The notes: a model not told the origin generated them from the letters alone. Shown: positions 1 to 13,107, numbered from the stretch's first letter. The stretch is 64,000 bases of DNA from Sarea resinae (GCA_026026165.1 JAPEUD010000007.1:496001-560000), one strand, 5' to 3'. Numbers and translations: made by a program.

Positions 1-1077
1 GAGCAACGAATCATTGGGCTCGGTCGATAAACCACAGTACAATGCTTAGCCTCGATTGTGGCCCCCACAGTCCTGTAGTCGTAATGGCTCATAAGGCGTC
101 CCATACAGCGGCTAAGTGTCTATACCAGGCGGGAAGAATCATAATCTCGACCGCATACCGCGGATGCGGATTTTGGATTATACCACCATTACCCACGGTC
201 AGGCATCGGAAAATTGGCGAGCCCGAGAATTCAAGCCAGCCACAGCCATCCAACGCAGGGAATCCTGCCGAGGCAGGGGGCCTGTCCGTAAACAGATGTT
301 AGAGAACGCCCCGAGGCCTAGCATTTCGATCTGTCAGAGGGCCCCCGCGAAAGTCAGACCAGACGAAAACAAGCCGGATTGGATACACTATCTTACCCAG
401 TAAATTGGGAGTTGGAGCGGATCTCGTATGACATCCATATGGAGATGCAATGTGGAGGTAGTTGAGACAGGCACAGGTGCCGCCGAGCCGTGTCGCCGGC
501 GTCGCCTGTGTCGCCTGTGTCGCCTGCCGCAGTAGCAAGATCAACGACATTCGGAATGCGCACATGTATAACCGAAAGGAATATTGTTGTGTTCCAACCA
601 GAAAGCTAAACGGGCACCCGAGAGAGACTTCTAGTATCTAGTTTATGTCCACCTCTTTTCACAATACCGCCCAAAACTCAATTGGGTCAGATGCCCACAG
701 AAGTGGCTGAGTCTGATCGTGTGGTCCACCGGCCAAACATAGACCCTCATAGGATGAACGGACTCTAGTCTCTAGGATGGGGGAGCTGGCGTTTCCTCTA
801 CTAAATGCTAAGCTAGTCAGAGCATATGATAAAAGCAAGCCTAATGACATTTCTCAAGACTGTACAGGTAACAAGAGCAAACCACATCTGCTATATACAC
901 TATGCTATATGTGCTGTATTCTCGATCCATTTTGCTTGTGTCTGTCTATACATCCACTCTTGGAAATGCATCCTTATGTCTCATGGGTTCAAGCACCGGA
1001 GAAGTAGCGTGCCTATTGACCTTGAGAGTTACGATAGATGACTCGGACGGCTCTGATTCTATTGATGAGTTTATATT

Positions 1078-2912
1078 TCAAGACCGCCATCTTAGCAACC
1101 CAGGCCGCGTATGAACATCGATGAAGAAGCCATGGGCATCCATGTCTTCTCTCTGCATTTCCTTCTCCCAGTCCTGCTTAGGTATCTTCGTAGTTATCAG
1201 CGGGACGAGGTCAGCACCGTCCTCTTCAATGGAGTCTTCGCGCAACGCCACCCTCAATATTCTCCTGGTGTTGATCTTTCTGCTCTTCCTCACAGCTCTC
1301 GAGACCCTGTATACGTCGTAATTGTTCTTTTTGATGTCATGATATAGCTTTCTGGTCCGCTCAGTAAACTCTGCCATTTCAATGGCGTCAGGGTCGCTGG
1401 CATTGGACTCGCGGTTATACAAGTGTGTAAAGAAATCAAGAGCAAACAGGCACGCGCCTTGAATCAAGTCACTCATTCCAGGCTCGGCCATTGGCCGTGA
1501 CGGACCTGCTGTCGAACACCAGTGCTGGCAAGCAGCAAATGGTATCACAAAGCAAGGATCTTTTCCGACCTCTCCAAGCTCTTTATTGGTCGTTAGGTCG
1601 AATAAACCAAGCCGAAGGTTTATCATGCGCACTTTTTGCCTTTGAAAGTAACCAACATCCCATGAAGCGCAATCATCCAGCATCGCCATCTCGAGTGAGG
1701 CAAATGTCTTTTCTTGCGGCGAATTTTCCTTCGGCCACCTGAAAAGAGGGAAGACGGCATTTTTGAATCGTGACTCGGGATACGAGAGGAGACGTATTTT
1801 CCAGCCAGCTGGATATTCATTCATCCGTCGCTCGAGATGTGCGTTCGATATTACCTCAGGAGCAGAAGCGGACGAGTCGCTCAGCGAAGGCTGTGGTTCT
1901 GGCGATGGTAGACCTGCAGTGATATCATCGTCTTCGACTTCTTCGACCTCGTAACTGAACACTCTTGTCGGTGCCCTTCCCTGTGGGGCATTCTCGAGTG
2001 GAGAGTCCTTAGGCCTTGAGTCGCTTGAACTGGGTAGATACGTAGTGTCATCAATGAAAGTCCAATGTTCCAAGAGTTGAGTAACAAGAGCAGCAGCATA
2101 TGCCTCCATTGTTGTGTATGCCATCACCTCTCTTGAGCTCCGAGGAAACTGTGGACCCCCATTTCCCAGGCCGAATTCGTGTATGAGGGAAGGAGCGGGA
2201 GTTTGATGTAGTCCCTGAAACGGCCTGCAAGTTTGCGTGTCCTGAAGTCGAACAAGGGCATCTTCATCTCCCGCTTGAGTACCAGTGCTGGAGAGGATCC
2301 TTTCATCATTCAATCCATCCTCGAATGCACGTAGCTCGGTATCGTTTAAATAGCTGCAGGCGACGTAAATTCTGGCGCTCTCATATTGTTGGCGAAGACC
2401 AGGGTCTAGAGAGGATCTTGCGTTGCTACTTCAAGGGTCAGCAGAGATCCTCCAAGACCGCAAAAATAGGCATAAAAGTACCTTAGGCTTATGGCGAGGT
2501 TCAAAACTTCAGTGATCAACATCAAATCACTCTTGGCAGCCTCGAGCCTAGCTCGAGGATACTGGAGACTATCCTTCTTGAAAACCCATTTTGCACGATC
2601 TATTATATTGAGAGAGTCCTTATCGAGCCTTGCGAAGGCACCTTGGATTTCTTCAACGATCGTCGAGCAGTTGCCTATTAATAGCCGTGCATCTCGCACA
2701 CCGTCATCGTCTAAGATATCCGGAGCTCCTTGAATGACCTTGGAGAGGGTAGTGAGCACGGAATGGAAAGAAGCAAGCCCCTGAGCAAGGTCGTTAATTT
2801 GCGGGCGCGCCTTCGCGATCGTTTCCCCGACTTTAAAGACTAGCTTCGAGGTTGCAATGGCAGCTGCAGCAACGCCAACAAGGCTTGCAGCGATACTCAG
2901 AGGGTCCGCCAT
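1078..2912 (-). CDS. HeLo-like/SesA (fungal STAND N-terminal) domain protein with an unrecognised C-terminal region, ~592 aa
   Basis: N-terminus MADPLSIAASLVGV...RAKWVFKK...RLEAAKSDL is typical of HeLo-like N-terminal domains. The intron 2481-2426 (GTACTT...GCTGAC...TAG) joins ORF 2406..2912 in frame to ORF 1078..2313. The 3' end could be extended by another intron. Confidence 0.7.
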
Positions 2913-4093
2913 GAGTATTCACTCTGATATCTTGCATCAATATCTTTGTACGGCCACAGCTCGTCCGGGTTAACCAGCATGGTCGACGAGACTCGATTCA
3001 GTCTGTGGAACCCAGAAGCTGAAATCCCTTTCGCCCGGTCTGGGCCAAGGAGCTTAATCCACTACCTGCTTGAGAGAGCGGCGTTGGCTAGCTGCGAAGA
3101 GACTGAATAAAATAGCCCTAGAAGACGAGATAAACTCAAGGTTGAACCTCCGTACAACGCCTAGAAAGAGCAGGTGGAAAATTATCTGGAATACTCCTAC
3201 ATGTTAGATGCAATTCAGTAAGCAAGCTTTCGAGATGATGCAGCAGATCAGCAATGTGACCTAAGTTTGGAGACCCTGATAGATGTTTCAAGATGGATAT
3301 ATGGTCTCCATTCCTCACAACTTTCTTTATCCAAGATGGGAGACCTAGAGGGATTCAGAGAACGGGAGCGGTATCACGGCGAAGGGACGTAGTTGGCGCT
3401 AAAAGCCTACCTTTGGGAGACAGATTGGCGAGGCGTCTAGCGTGTCGACGAATGAGCGGAACCAACATGCTAAAGTTTAGATAAACGATAGCCTCTTTAT
3501 CTTCTCTTCTTCGGGCTCCTATAAACCTTTAAAGGTACTTATAATGCAATGCGATCTGGATGGCCGATCTAGATGGCTGCGGAGAAACTCGAATACGTGA
3601 GATAGTGTCGCTGAGATGAAGTTGATCACTGAGAACTGCTGCCTAGGGGTAGAGCACGTGCAGGCGAAGCACGTCGACGCTCGACACTGATGTCTCTACC
3701 TAACTTCTACCTAAGATAGCTTTGAAGAAGGCTTTCGGATTCCCCATATCTGATCGACTTGGAACAGGACGAGTCATTTATTCCTTTCGAGAGACTTATG
3801 ACTGCTGAATGACAGCTGGAGCTCCGAGGTTTAACCCTTGATATCAGATCATCGCTGACGGCCAGTAATGGAATTGAGATATCAGAGGACGAGCCATTGA
3901 GATAAGAGAGACGTGGATTGCTGCAGTTGCTCTACTCGCTGTCCACTTTCTACTGCAGAGTGTGCTAAAAATTACTCGTCCTTTGATGTCAGATACTCAC
4001 CGTATAACACATGCCTGCGTTGACGTTCTTCCTTGGTGAATGTGAAGAGAATCTCAAGTGAATGTTAGCTCCCCACTCTTACACTTACCTCTC

Positions 4094-4099
4094 TATAAA
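4094..4099 (+). promoter_or_regulatory. TATA box of the Con-6-like gene
   Basis: TATAAA about 130 nt upstream of ATG 4225, followed by a C/A-rich leader. Confidence 0.5.
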
Positions 4100-4224
4100 G
4101 GTCTACGGAAATCAACTCCGTCTTTGCCTCCATCCATCTTTCAACCATCTTCATACTCATCTACTCACATACAATCATCTCAACTCCAATCATTCCAACT
4201 TTAATCATCTTCGAATCCATCATC

Positions 4225-4794
4225 ATGTCTACCGGCAACATCATTGGCGGCCACAAAGCTGCGATCAACAACCCCCGTGAGTTCATGATTGTGACTCTCG
4301 TCATGAGTATCAGCTAATATCTTACAGATGTCTCTGAAGAGGCTAAACATCACTCCAAGGAAGTGCTCGAGCAAGAGTATGAAGTCAGCACCGAATCCGA
4401 CAACCGCAATGACGAAAACAAAGATCCTGTCAATGTAGCCCGCGGTCTCAAAGCGGCCATCCACAATCCTCGTGAGTCCTTCCAACTCTACCTAGAGAAA
4501 GCAACGTTTAACCTTACTCTTTGAAGGTGTCTCCGAAGAAGCAAAGGAGCACTCTAAGCAAGTTCTTGACGAGGAGTACAATGGCGGCAACGTCGGCACC
4601 AGTGCCTCCGTTGACAGTGGTGAAAAGGATCCTGCCAATGTTGCCCGTGGCCTGAAGGCGTGAGTATACATCTCCTCGTTCTCAAGAGACCCTTTCCAGT
4701 CTAATCAAGTTCTGGTAGTGCTATTTCGAACCCCAATGTCTCTGATGAGGCTAAGGAGAATGCCGAGCAGCGCTTGAAGGAGATGGGGGCTTAG
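4225..4794 (+). CDS. con-6: Conidiation protein 6 (Con-6) family, three repeats, 134 aa
   Basis: Exons 4225-4276, 4328-4471, 4527-4659 and 4719-4794 (GTGAGT donors) give NIIGGHKAAINNPHVSEEAKHHS / NVARGLKAAIHNPRVSEEAKEHS / NVARGLKAAISNPNVSDEAKENA. Not visible in the ORF track. Confidence 0.9.
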
Positions 4795-6281
4795 ATGAGT
4801 CTCACAGAGGCCAGTGCTCTCGAGCAATGACTTGCTGGGATATGGAATGCGACTTCTCAGATAGCAAGCAATGATTTCAATCATCTGAATAAGACGTTCC
4901 CTGATGCGCCGTGAAGTGAAAGCAACGGACTGCAATACCGGTGCCCAGATTACATGAGATTTCGTGGTTTGAGTTGGGCTATGCGTAGATATTCAGTTGC
5001 GAGATGAAAGCAAGATTGTGGCGATTGTCAGATAAGCCTTTATTTGCTTGAGCTGCTTCAAGAAAATTTCAGCATAACTTTACTTACTATGTAAAAGTTG
5101 CTACTATCCAATATATATATGTAGTACCAAGGTAGGTGGGCAGACACTCGTACGTCTAAATCATAGATGTACGTAAAGTTCGCCAGTATTCAGGTGGTGG
5201 AGCGGCAGGATTTTCTCTCTCAGCCAATCAATATCTGAATAAACTGCGAGTGATGTTTGAAGCGATAGAACACAGCTCTGCCCAATAAAGATGAATAGAG
5301 GGCCGATCTGCCTGGATAAAGCAGCTTGAATAGGATTTCCAGCCACGAAATGATTAGCGACACTGGGTCAACTTGGAACAGCATAGGTAATTACCGATTA
5401 CGGCAATTTGGGGTGGGGGCTGAGGGGGGAGGATTTCCCGAGAGATCGGACAATCAACCTCATGGAGTCGTTAAACGAAATGATGAAAACACTCCCCTGA
5501 GAAGCCATATATTCACCAGGCAGAGGGCCGGTGCCTTCTTTCCAAATCATTAGCAGTGGAAATGGTTCCAGGAGGCTGAGAGTGGTTTCATAGGTTGTAG
5601 AAAGCGGATATCTAGCAACTTCTGTCCTTGAGAATTATGATCCATATGAAGACGGATAGACCCAAGGTTCTCCTATTGCTCGTCGTTCGAATTTCGTGGA
5701 CTTTACTGGTTCTTAAAGAGCGAATATTGCCGTGAAGACGGTATGTGCGAACAACAAAGGCTGACGTTCACAGTATCATCAGTCGCTGGTACTGCTCCAA
5801 GGGGCAGATTCCTCTCCGCAAGTTTCATTTATGACACGAGTTGCAGACGATGAAGGGGGAATAAACTCTCGTCACTCGTCTGCTGCGAAAACACGAAACA
5901 CAGATAAACAGTAGAGTGGCTGAGCAGGACCCAATTATAATACCTTATCAACAAGATATATAGTTTTAATCTTAACTGCCATTCTTGTATTGCCATATGG
6001 CCGTCCAAGTAGTAGCTAGCCCCTCCTGACACGCACCGAATTCTGACTCTTTGGACCTGATGGACGTCGTCCTGGCGATCAACAGAGGTTGTGAGACACT
6101 TCACGAAAGGCAATCAGCGTGTTCCGGCACCTTCTTTGACACGTTCTTCGTTCGCTCCGCAGCCAGCCGAAAAGTGCGCACCTAGTTGCAACGGAGGAGT
6201 TTTCAATTTTTCTTCCTGCTTAAGCATCGTGTACCGCAACACCCTGCCTTAATCCATATCAGACAGTCACAACATCCTCAA

Positions 6282-7031
6282 ATGGCACCGCTCGCAGATT
6301 TACAAAATGACCGTTTCTTCCCAGCATTCAGGAGCTGCCCTCCAGAGGATGACATGACTGCTGAATACTTCTATGCAATTCACGAAAACTTCCTCGTACC
6401 GAATCGCCATTGGTGTCTCCTCGCGCAGATCACAATGAAGAATCAAGGTACCTTCAAACGGCAGCCGGTTTTGCAGCTGGAGGACAAGATGCAAGATAGA
6501 TTTTTGATGGGGTTCTATCCCGAAGATGTCACAGAAATTCGGACGCAAGACTATCAAGTAGGCGATACTATGGTGATCCTGTACGCCTTCAAGTATGGCG
6601 ACGGTAAAGAACTCATTGAGTTGCGCGTGCTAGACACAGCCGACGTCAAAGTAAGCGTTGCATCAAGAGATAGAACGGATTCTAACCTTTCCAGGTAATC
6701 CCATTGGAGCTTTCCCGCATACTTGCTCTAAACCACAAAGTCCAGCTCCACAACAAAACAAGTGCAGGCAAGAGCGCGTGTCACGCTTGTGGCACTGAGG
6801 GAAAAGCCCTCCTCAAGTGTGCTCAGTGCGGTTTATTCTGGTACTGTGACTCAGTAAGCCAGGCCCTTAGTTGAAGCGCAATTAGGTTACTGACGTGAAT
6901 AGGAGTGCCAGAAGCTCGGTTGGTACCGCGATGGCCATGATGAGGACTGCAAAGACCTCAAAAAATTCAAAGGACTTTTTACTTGGGATTGGGCCAACTT
7001 CGAAGATTACGCCAACTCGTCGATAATCTGA
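6282..7031 (+). CDS. MYND-type zinc finger protein
   Basis: Introns 6651-6694 and 6854-6902. C-terminal CHACG..CAQCGLFWYCDSECQKLGW...HDEDC is a MYND finger, and the N-terminal HWCLLAQI is typical of this fungal family. Confidence 0.85.
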
Positions 7032-7835
7032 GATGAACTCCCCTCCATGGCGCAAGCTACAATTATAGCCCTGGGCCACGAGGGTATATGGAAAATGAGG
7101 ATTTCGAATTTTGCTGGATTGTTCAGTGTTGAGTTTCGGATGGACGGAAATAACAGATGAAACATAAGAAGACGGAAAACGCATAGCAGTCATAGGTAGA
7201 AAACCAAAGGACTATGCGGCAAAGAAAATGTGACTCTATCAGAAATAGTGAGTAACATTCGAGATCAACATATCAGGAATATTGCAGAAATACGGAAACA
7301 TCAACTCCAGTTAAGGCTTAAGATTCATGAATAAAGGCGACGACAAATTATCCCTTGGGCGGCATCAGCATAACGTGAGGTGTCTGAGGTAGGTAGGAGG
7401 TAGGTAGGCTGCTATGTCATCACTGTACTTCTGCCAAGGTCTATATCCGTAGATACGCATACTGTGGGGTGAGAATATACCACAATCCAGAGAAGTTACT
7501 TCTGAATACTGTGAAACAAGTCTCATCGGGAATATCTCGTACTCAGAAGACCGAGTAAGGCAAGGTACGGGTGATCAGCAGCAGCAGCATCATCATCATC
7601 GGCATCACCAGCGTGCCCATGATAAGTGTCGCATGCAAGCTTTCTTCTCTCCTCACCATTGCAGAGACCACAGGACACAGCGATCCCTCATCACTCCAAC
7701 GAGGCCACGACCCCTCGCACTCTTGTATTGTCGCTCTTTAGCATTTGAACATTCGCGTCGCCAATACCGAGCTTCCATCATCTTTCCGATAACCCGCACC
7801 TTCAGTTCTGTCCTTCCATTCACAACAGCGTCAAG

Positions 7836-9063
7836 ATGCGTGCCAATCTTGATACCGGCCTACTTTCTTCCGTCCTCCTGTTGCCTTCTCTGACCTTGGC
7901 GATGAACATTGGTTGCGAACATGTGCGCGTGGACAAGAAATCCTTCGATCTGAGCCCTCTCAGTGGCCCACATGCGGTATCGTATAGCTATGAACAGCCA
8001 CCCAGCATCATCAATACTACCTTCACTATCGATATTTGCCAGCCGCTGAAGCGCCCAAAATCCGTCCCCAAGACGGATACATGTCAGAGTGGTACAAGGG
8101 GTGAGCTTGTCTCTTTCGTGAAGCCGAGTACACATGTCTAACCTCCTCAGTTTGCGCTGTCGAACGCGCCGTCAACATTGCCGATCATGCATCTGCCATA
8201 TCTCGCGTCATACCAATAGCAGGCGACTTCATCCATGATTCTCTACCTCTGGAGCCGCAATGGACGCGGCTAAAATCATCACCATCCAACGCGGACGCAG
8301 ACAAGGAAGGGATTCGGCTGGAGATGCACGGTGGCCGATATCCATTTACCCATAAAGATGGTGTGCAGCAAAAGGCTATTGTGGAGTTCTTGTGTGACGA
8401 GACTAGGACGGGACTGGAAGGCGATGAGTTAGGCAATGGCAGAAATGACGACGATGACGATGACGACGATGAGGATGAGGATGATGATGATGATAAGCGC
8501 CGACTGCGCGAGCGGGCGACTAAGGGCACCGACGAGAAAGGCGACGACGAAAAGAAGCCCAGTGATGAACAGAGCCTACGCTTTGTCAAATATGGCAAAG
8601 AGGGCGATATTGATGTCTTACGACTCGAATGGCTGACCAAGTATGCGTGCGAGAGCAGAAAGAACAAGGATGATAGTAAGGGAGGAAGCAGCAGTGGCCA
8701 CTGGGGGTTTTTCACTTGGTTCATCATTGTGTTCGTTGACCTCTTACACCTTGTTGTGTTGTGGGGATCGTATCCAACTGACTCCTTCCAGTCTTTTCCT
8801 GGCCATAGCTTCATACCTGATATTCGGCTCTTGGCTCAATTACAATCGCTATGGCGCTCGAGGGTACGTGTGGTCACTTTATCATCCCCTCGATCCGAAA
8901 TCATATAACCGCGCACGATGCTGATATTATTTCCTGCAGCTGGGATCTCTTGCCCCACGGCGACACCATTCGCGACATCCCATACTTACTCAAAGACTGG
9001 AGCCGCAACGTTATCAACACGGTGCAAGGTGGTGGGTCGAGGGGAGGCTACAGCGCTGTGTAG
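7836..9063 (+). CDS. ATG27: Autophagy-related protein 27 (type I membrane protein with MRH-like lumenal domain)
   Basis: Signal peptide, FDLSPLSGPH, IDIC, LRLEWLTKYACE, WGFFTWFII TM segment, WLNYNRYGARGWDLLPHGDTIRDIPYL and terminal YSAV sorting motif. Introns 8101-8150, 8731-8791 and ~8864-8939. Confidence 0.93.
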
Positions 9064-10265
9064 GCCCTTGTTTTGTATCGTATCAACATTGGCGTAGTCT
9101 TTATTCACCCTTTTCAATACATCTTTCAAGGTGATAGCATTATCCATCACCCGGTCTCTCGCCGTTGGGTCGTTCCGGCGTCGTAGTCGACAGGCAGCCA
9201 GTCAGCTGTACGGGGCACCAAAAGGCAGCGGCTGACCGTATGCGAAACTGTGCCTGTCCTCTCTGATATCTGCTTTGAGACATCTATTTGTATAGCTGGA
9301 GTTGGGTTTCTGTTCCCTCCATTCCCTTTTTCGTCCGCTTCTCCATTCTCTGTCACGTCGTCCATAGGAACCGGGTTCTCCGGGGATGACGGACGCGGGA
9401 ATCAACAAGTGTTGTAGCATCGCAAATGAAAATATCTTAGACATTGATTTTTCTACCTTCAAGCCCGATTGAGTTTAGGCACGTATGCACGTGGGCCGTG
9501 GGGTAAGGGATGCAAATCGTCAAGAGTCTCTGGCACTTCGTAGCCCACTTGCATCCCAGGGTTTTACAGATCAGTGCTCTGGCCAACGGGAACTACTTCG
9601 GCAATAATGAGATGATAGTGATCGTAGACATCTTCCCAATTTCGATACGGCATCATAGCTCTTCAGGGCGAAGTTTTCTGACGTCCAGGGCGGCCGTTAG
9701 CGGACGCCATGACGGGATAGAAACTCTGTTTTCCCCACCCCGCTCGTCATGCCGGCGCAAAGCGAGGAACATTCAAGGGACATCTCCGGTGGCATTACCA
9801 TACCATTATGTACGACATTGTGCTTTATCGTATTGGCCGCTTTGGCCGCACATCCTCCATGATTAATTGATTCTATTTCAGTCTCTTCGTACATGGGAGG
9901 ATGGGGTGCTATGGGGCGGTACGTATCACATTTCAGACATGCCGCTGGGGGGAATGCGATGGGATGCCATGCAATGGGATGGAGGGTGGGGAGGCCCGTT
10001 CCGTTTGCTATCTTCTTCCCCCGATGCGCCTCCCTCCCCCACGGTCCCTGACTACAAGAACAGACCAGGTCCCAGGCCCCAGACCGAAGGTGCTAGGCCC
10101 TGAGCTTTGTCTTTGCTGCTCCTTGCTGTGTTTCTTCTGAGAGAATCAATCGAAGAGAAAACTCTCTTTCATCAGCCTGGCTGATCCCAGATTCAAACAT
10201 CTACGACTTACACAGCATAGCTTTGAGAATTGGTTGCTCGGCGCATCAATTCTAGAACCATAATC

Positions 10266-12234
10266 ATGTCCACCAAGCCCATCTTTGTCGCTACGCACCC
10301 TCGTGCATGCTCGACCGCCTTCGAAAGGGTCAGTCAGATCTCCAAGGAGCGTGCAAGACAAGATACTGATACCGCGCAGGTGTTTATGACATGTCGTGAC
10401 ACCTTGACCTGTGTCCACGAGCCTTTTGGAGACGCCTTCTACTTTGGCCCCGAGAGACTCAGCGACAGATACGAAAACGACGAGCAAGCTAGGATCGATA
10501 GCGGGTTCAGCGAATCGACGTATAAGACTATCCTCGAGAGGATCGAGAGAGAGGGCTCTGAGGTGTGAATGCCCCTGTCCGTCTGCGCCGTGGTTTATCG
10601 AATGTGCCTTGAATACCGCTTTTCATTCCTTCGCTTATCGTGCGATCTGTTGCTTTGCTCTTCATCAATGGTTCATGTTGAGATCGAGATACCCTAGAAT
10701 TAGATCCGTTGATCCAATCAGACACCGATATCCCTGGTCCTGCATCATCGTCCTTTCATGCTTTACTTTTCGTGCTTTCGAATACTCTCGTGCTCCAAAT
10801 CCGAAAGCCGATCCATCATCCTTCCACCTACGTTGCCAATCTACAATCCGGTCTCCGGCCCAATCTCTCCCCAATACCCGTCCGATTTATTGTTTTGATC
10901 GCGAGACCGTCCACTCGTTACCTCGAAACAATATCCCATACTCACACCTCACAGGGAAAGCGTCTTTTCATCAAAGACATAACTCACTATCTCGTCCCCC
11001 CGGATTCGAAACCAGCATCGATCGCCCCGTCCCTCTATCCCCCCAAAAAGGGCGTTGGCACCGCCAACCAAGCCTCAACAACCCACAAAGGCACCACCGC
11101 CACTGACCGAGTCCTCACCCCAGAGGACACCACGTCAGCGAGCAGCAACCTCACCCCGGCTACAGACACCCCTACCGACGCAGTGCCCGTCGCGACCAAC
11201 AAAGCCGAAGGATATGGAGCTTCCAAGAGCCCACCCTATCCCTACCCGACGCCCGCGGAACCCAACAACCCGACCGTGATCCCGACGGAGATCCTCAAGC
11301 AATTCCAGTTCACCTTCCTGATCCGCCATCCGCGCCGCTCGATCCCGTCGTACTACCGCTGCACCGTGCCGCCGCTGGACGAAGTGACGGGATTCTACAA
11401 CTTCATGCCCAGCGAAGCCGGCTACGACGAGCTCCGTCGCGTGTTCGACTATCTCCGCAGCATCGGGCAAGTCGGGCCGGAAGTGGCGGGCCGCCAACAA
11501 CAACTGGAAGAAAGCAAAGCCGTCACAAACGGAGACACAGCCGGAAACCATGCGGGCACCAACGAGCAAGCCATCCCGATCACCGTCGTGGACGCGGACC
11601 GTCTGCTCGACAACCCCGAGGGCACGATCCGCGCCTACTGCGCCGCCGTCGGGCTGCCCTTCTCGCCCTCGATGCTGAAGTGGAACACGGCGGCCGACCA
11701 CCAGCAGGCGCGCGACGCGTTTGAGAAATGGAAGGGCTTTCACGACGATGCGATCAATAGCGAGGACCTGAAGCCCAGGGCTCATGTAAGTCGGCTTGAT
11801 TTTCTCTCTGTCGTGTGTGGTCGTTCGACCGACCATCAATCACTTCTTCGCAGTCGTTTAGACATTAGACCATACTCCTCCCGCCCCCCTTGTACATTTT
11901 TCCCATCCCCTCTTCCTCTACCCGCGACTACGATGATGTTTCTATCACACCGACTACGCAACCCCCCCCCCCCCCCCCCACCCCCCCCCCCCCCCCCCCT
12001 CTTTATTCTCCCTCTTCTAACCGACTACTCCCCCATCCCTCCAAAACCCAAACCCCCCCAAACCCAAACTAACGGTCCCATCCCCAAAAGAAGAAAACAG
12101 ACCCGAGCCCCTCGTCCGAAGACGCCGCCTGGACGGCCAAGTTCGGCGCCTCGGGCGCCCGCGTGATCCGCGACACCATCGACCGCAACGTCGCCGACTA
12201 CGAGTATCTCAAGAGCTTCGCCCTGGACGTGTGA
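10266..12234 (+). CDS. Sulfotransferase-like P-loop protein (family related to the N-terminal domain of BCAT-like proteins)
   Basis: MSTKPIFVATHPRACSTAFERVFM, CVHEPFGDAFY, FIKDI, FLIRHPRRSIPSYY, VVDADRLLDNPE, FHDDAINS. Introns 10329-10379, 10563-10954 and 11786-12090. Confidence 0.85.
11962..11999 (+). repeat. Poly-C tract C18-A-C19 inside intron 3
   Basis: Read directly from the sequence. Confidence 0.95.
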
Positions 12235-13107
12235 ATTTTGATTTGCCGTGCTTGCTGTTCTGGCTGTGTTTGTTTTTCGGTGGCTGATGAGTGGATGATG
12301 GATTCTAATGGATTTTAATGCTTGATTGACGGCTAAAGAAAACATAAACGCCTTTCTTTATGCTACTATCATGCTCTATCATGCTCTATCATGTTATGAT
12401 GGTACGATGGTACGATGGTACGATGGTACACTTATCACGGAAATTATTGCGTTTTCTGAGCACATGTGTCTAGAGTATCTAAATCTCCTCTCCTTTCATC
12501 TCCTCTCATCACCAAAACCCCAATTCCCAAACCAAACCCAACCGAACCAATACCCCGTGAGTAAGGCGTATAAGGTGTGTATGATGTAATGTACATGATG
12601 CACGTATAACGGGTGAGATGAAGATGCGAGATGTGAGATGTGAGATGAGACAGCTAGATAGGTAGGTAGGTAGATAGGTAGATAGGTAGATAGGTAGGTA
12701 GGTAGATAGGTAGGTAGGGAGGTAGTTTCGTAGAGATTTCTATCATGCCGGACGGGACGGACGGTAGAGTTATGCGGCTGAGATGGGATAAGACGAGGCG
12801 AGATGAGAAGAGATGAGGTGAGATGAGAAGGAGAAGAAGCAAGATAGGTATGGATGAGATGGTATAGAGGGAGCCGGTCTTCTATATATGTCTATATATA
12901 TATGTGCTCGAAATGAGAAAGGTATCATGTCTCTGGTGCATGACTTGTATGTATGTCAAAGGCCACAGGGCAAAGACGGGAAGAGAGGGAGAAGAGGAGG
13001 AGGAGGCAGCAAGTAGGGTGAGAGACGAAAGAAGGATAGAAGAGAGAGAGACCGAAAACACCCCAGTGCAAACAACCACTCAAACACGCACACACATGCA
13101 AGGTCAA
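12235..13107. repeat. Microsatellite-rich convergent intergenic island: (GATGGTAC)n, (AGGT/AGAT)n, (GAGAT)n, GA-rich tracts
   Basis: e.g. 12654-12725 TAGATAGGTAGGTAGG array; 12398-12430 ATGGTACG repeats. Confidence 0.9.

Noticed and set aside
489..526. 9-nt repeat GTCGCCTGT and similar short repeats (52690-52722, 59236-59268, 58615-58685, 22387-22416)
   Set aside because: Ordinary short tandem repeats with no supportable function
10709..12166. 485-aa ORF with a polyproline tail
   Set aside because: It reads through introns 2 and 3; the polyproline is the intronic poly-C tract
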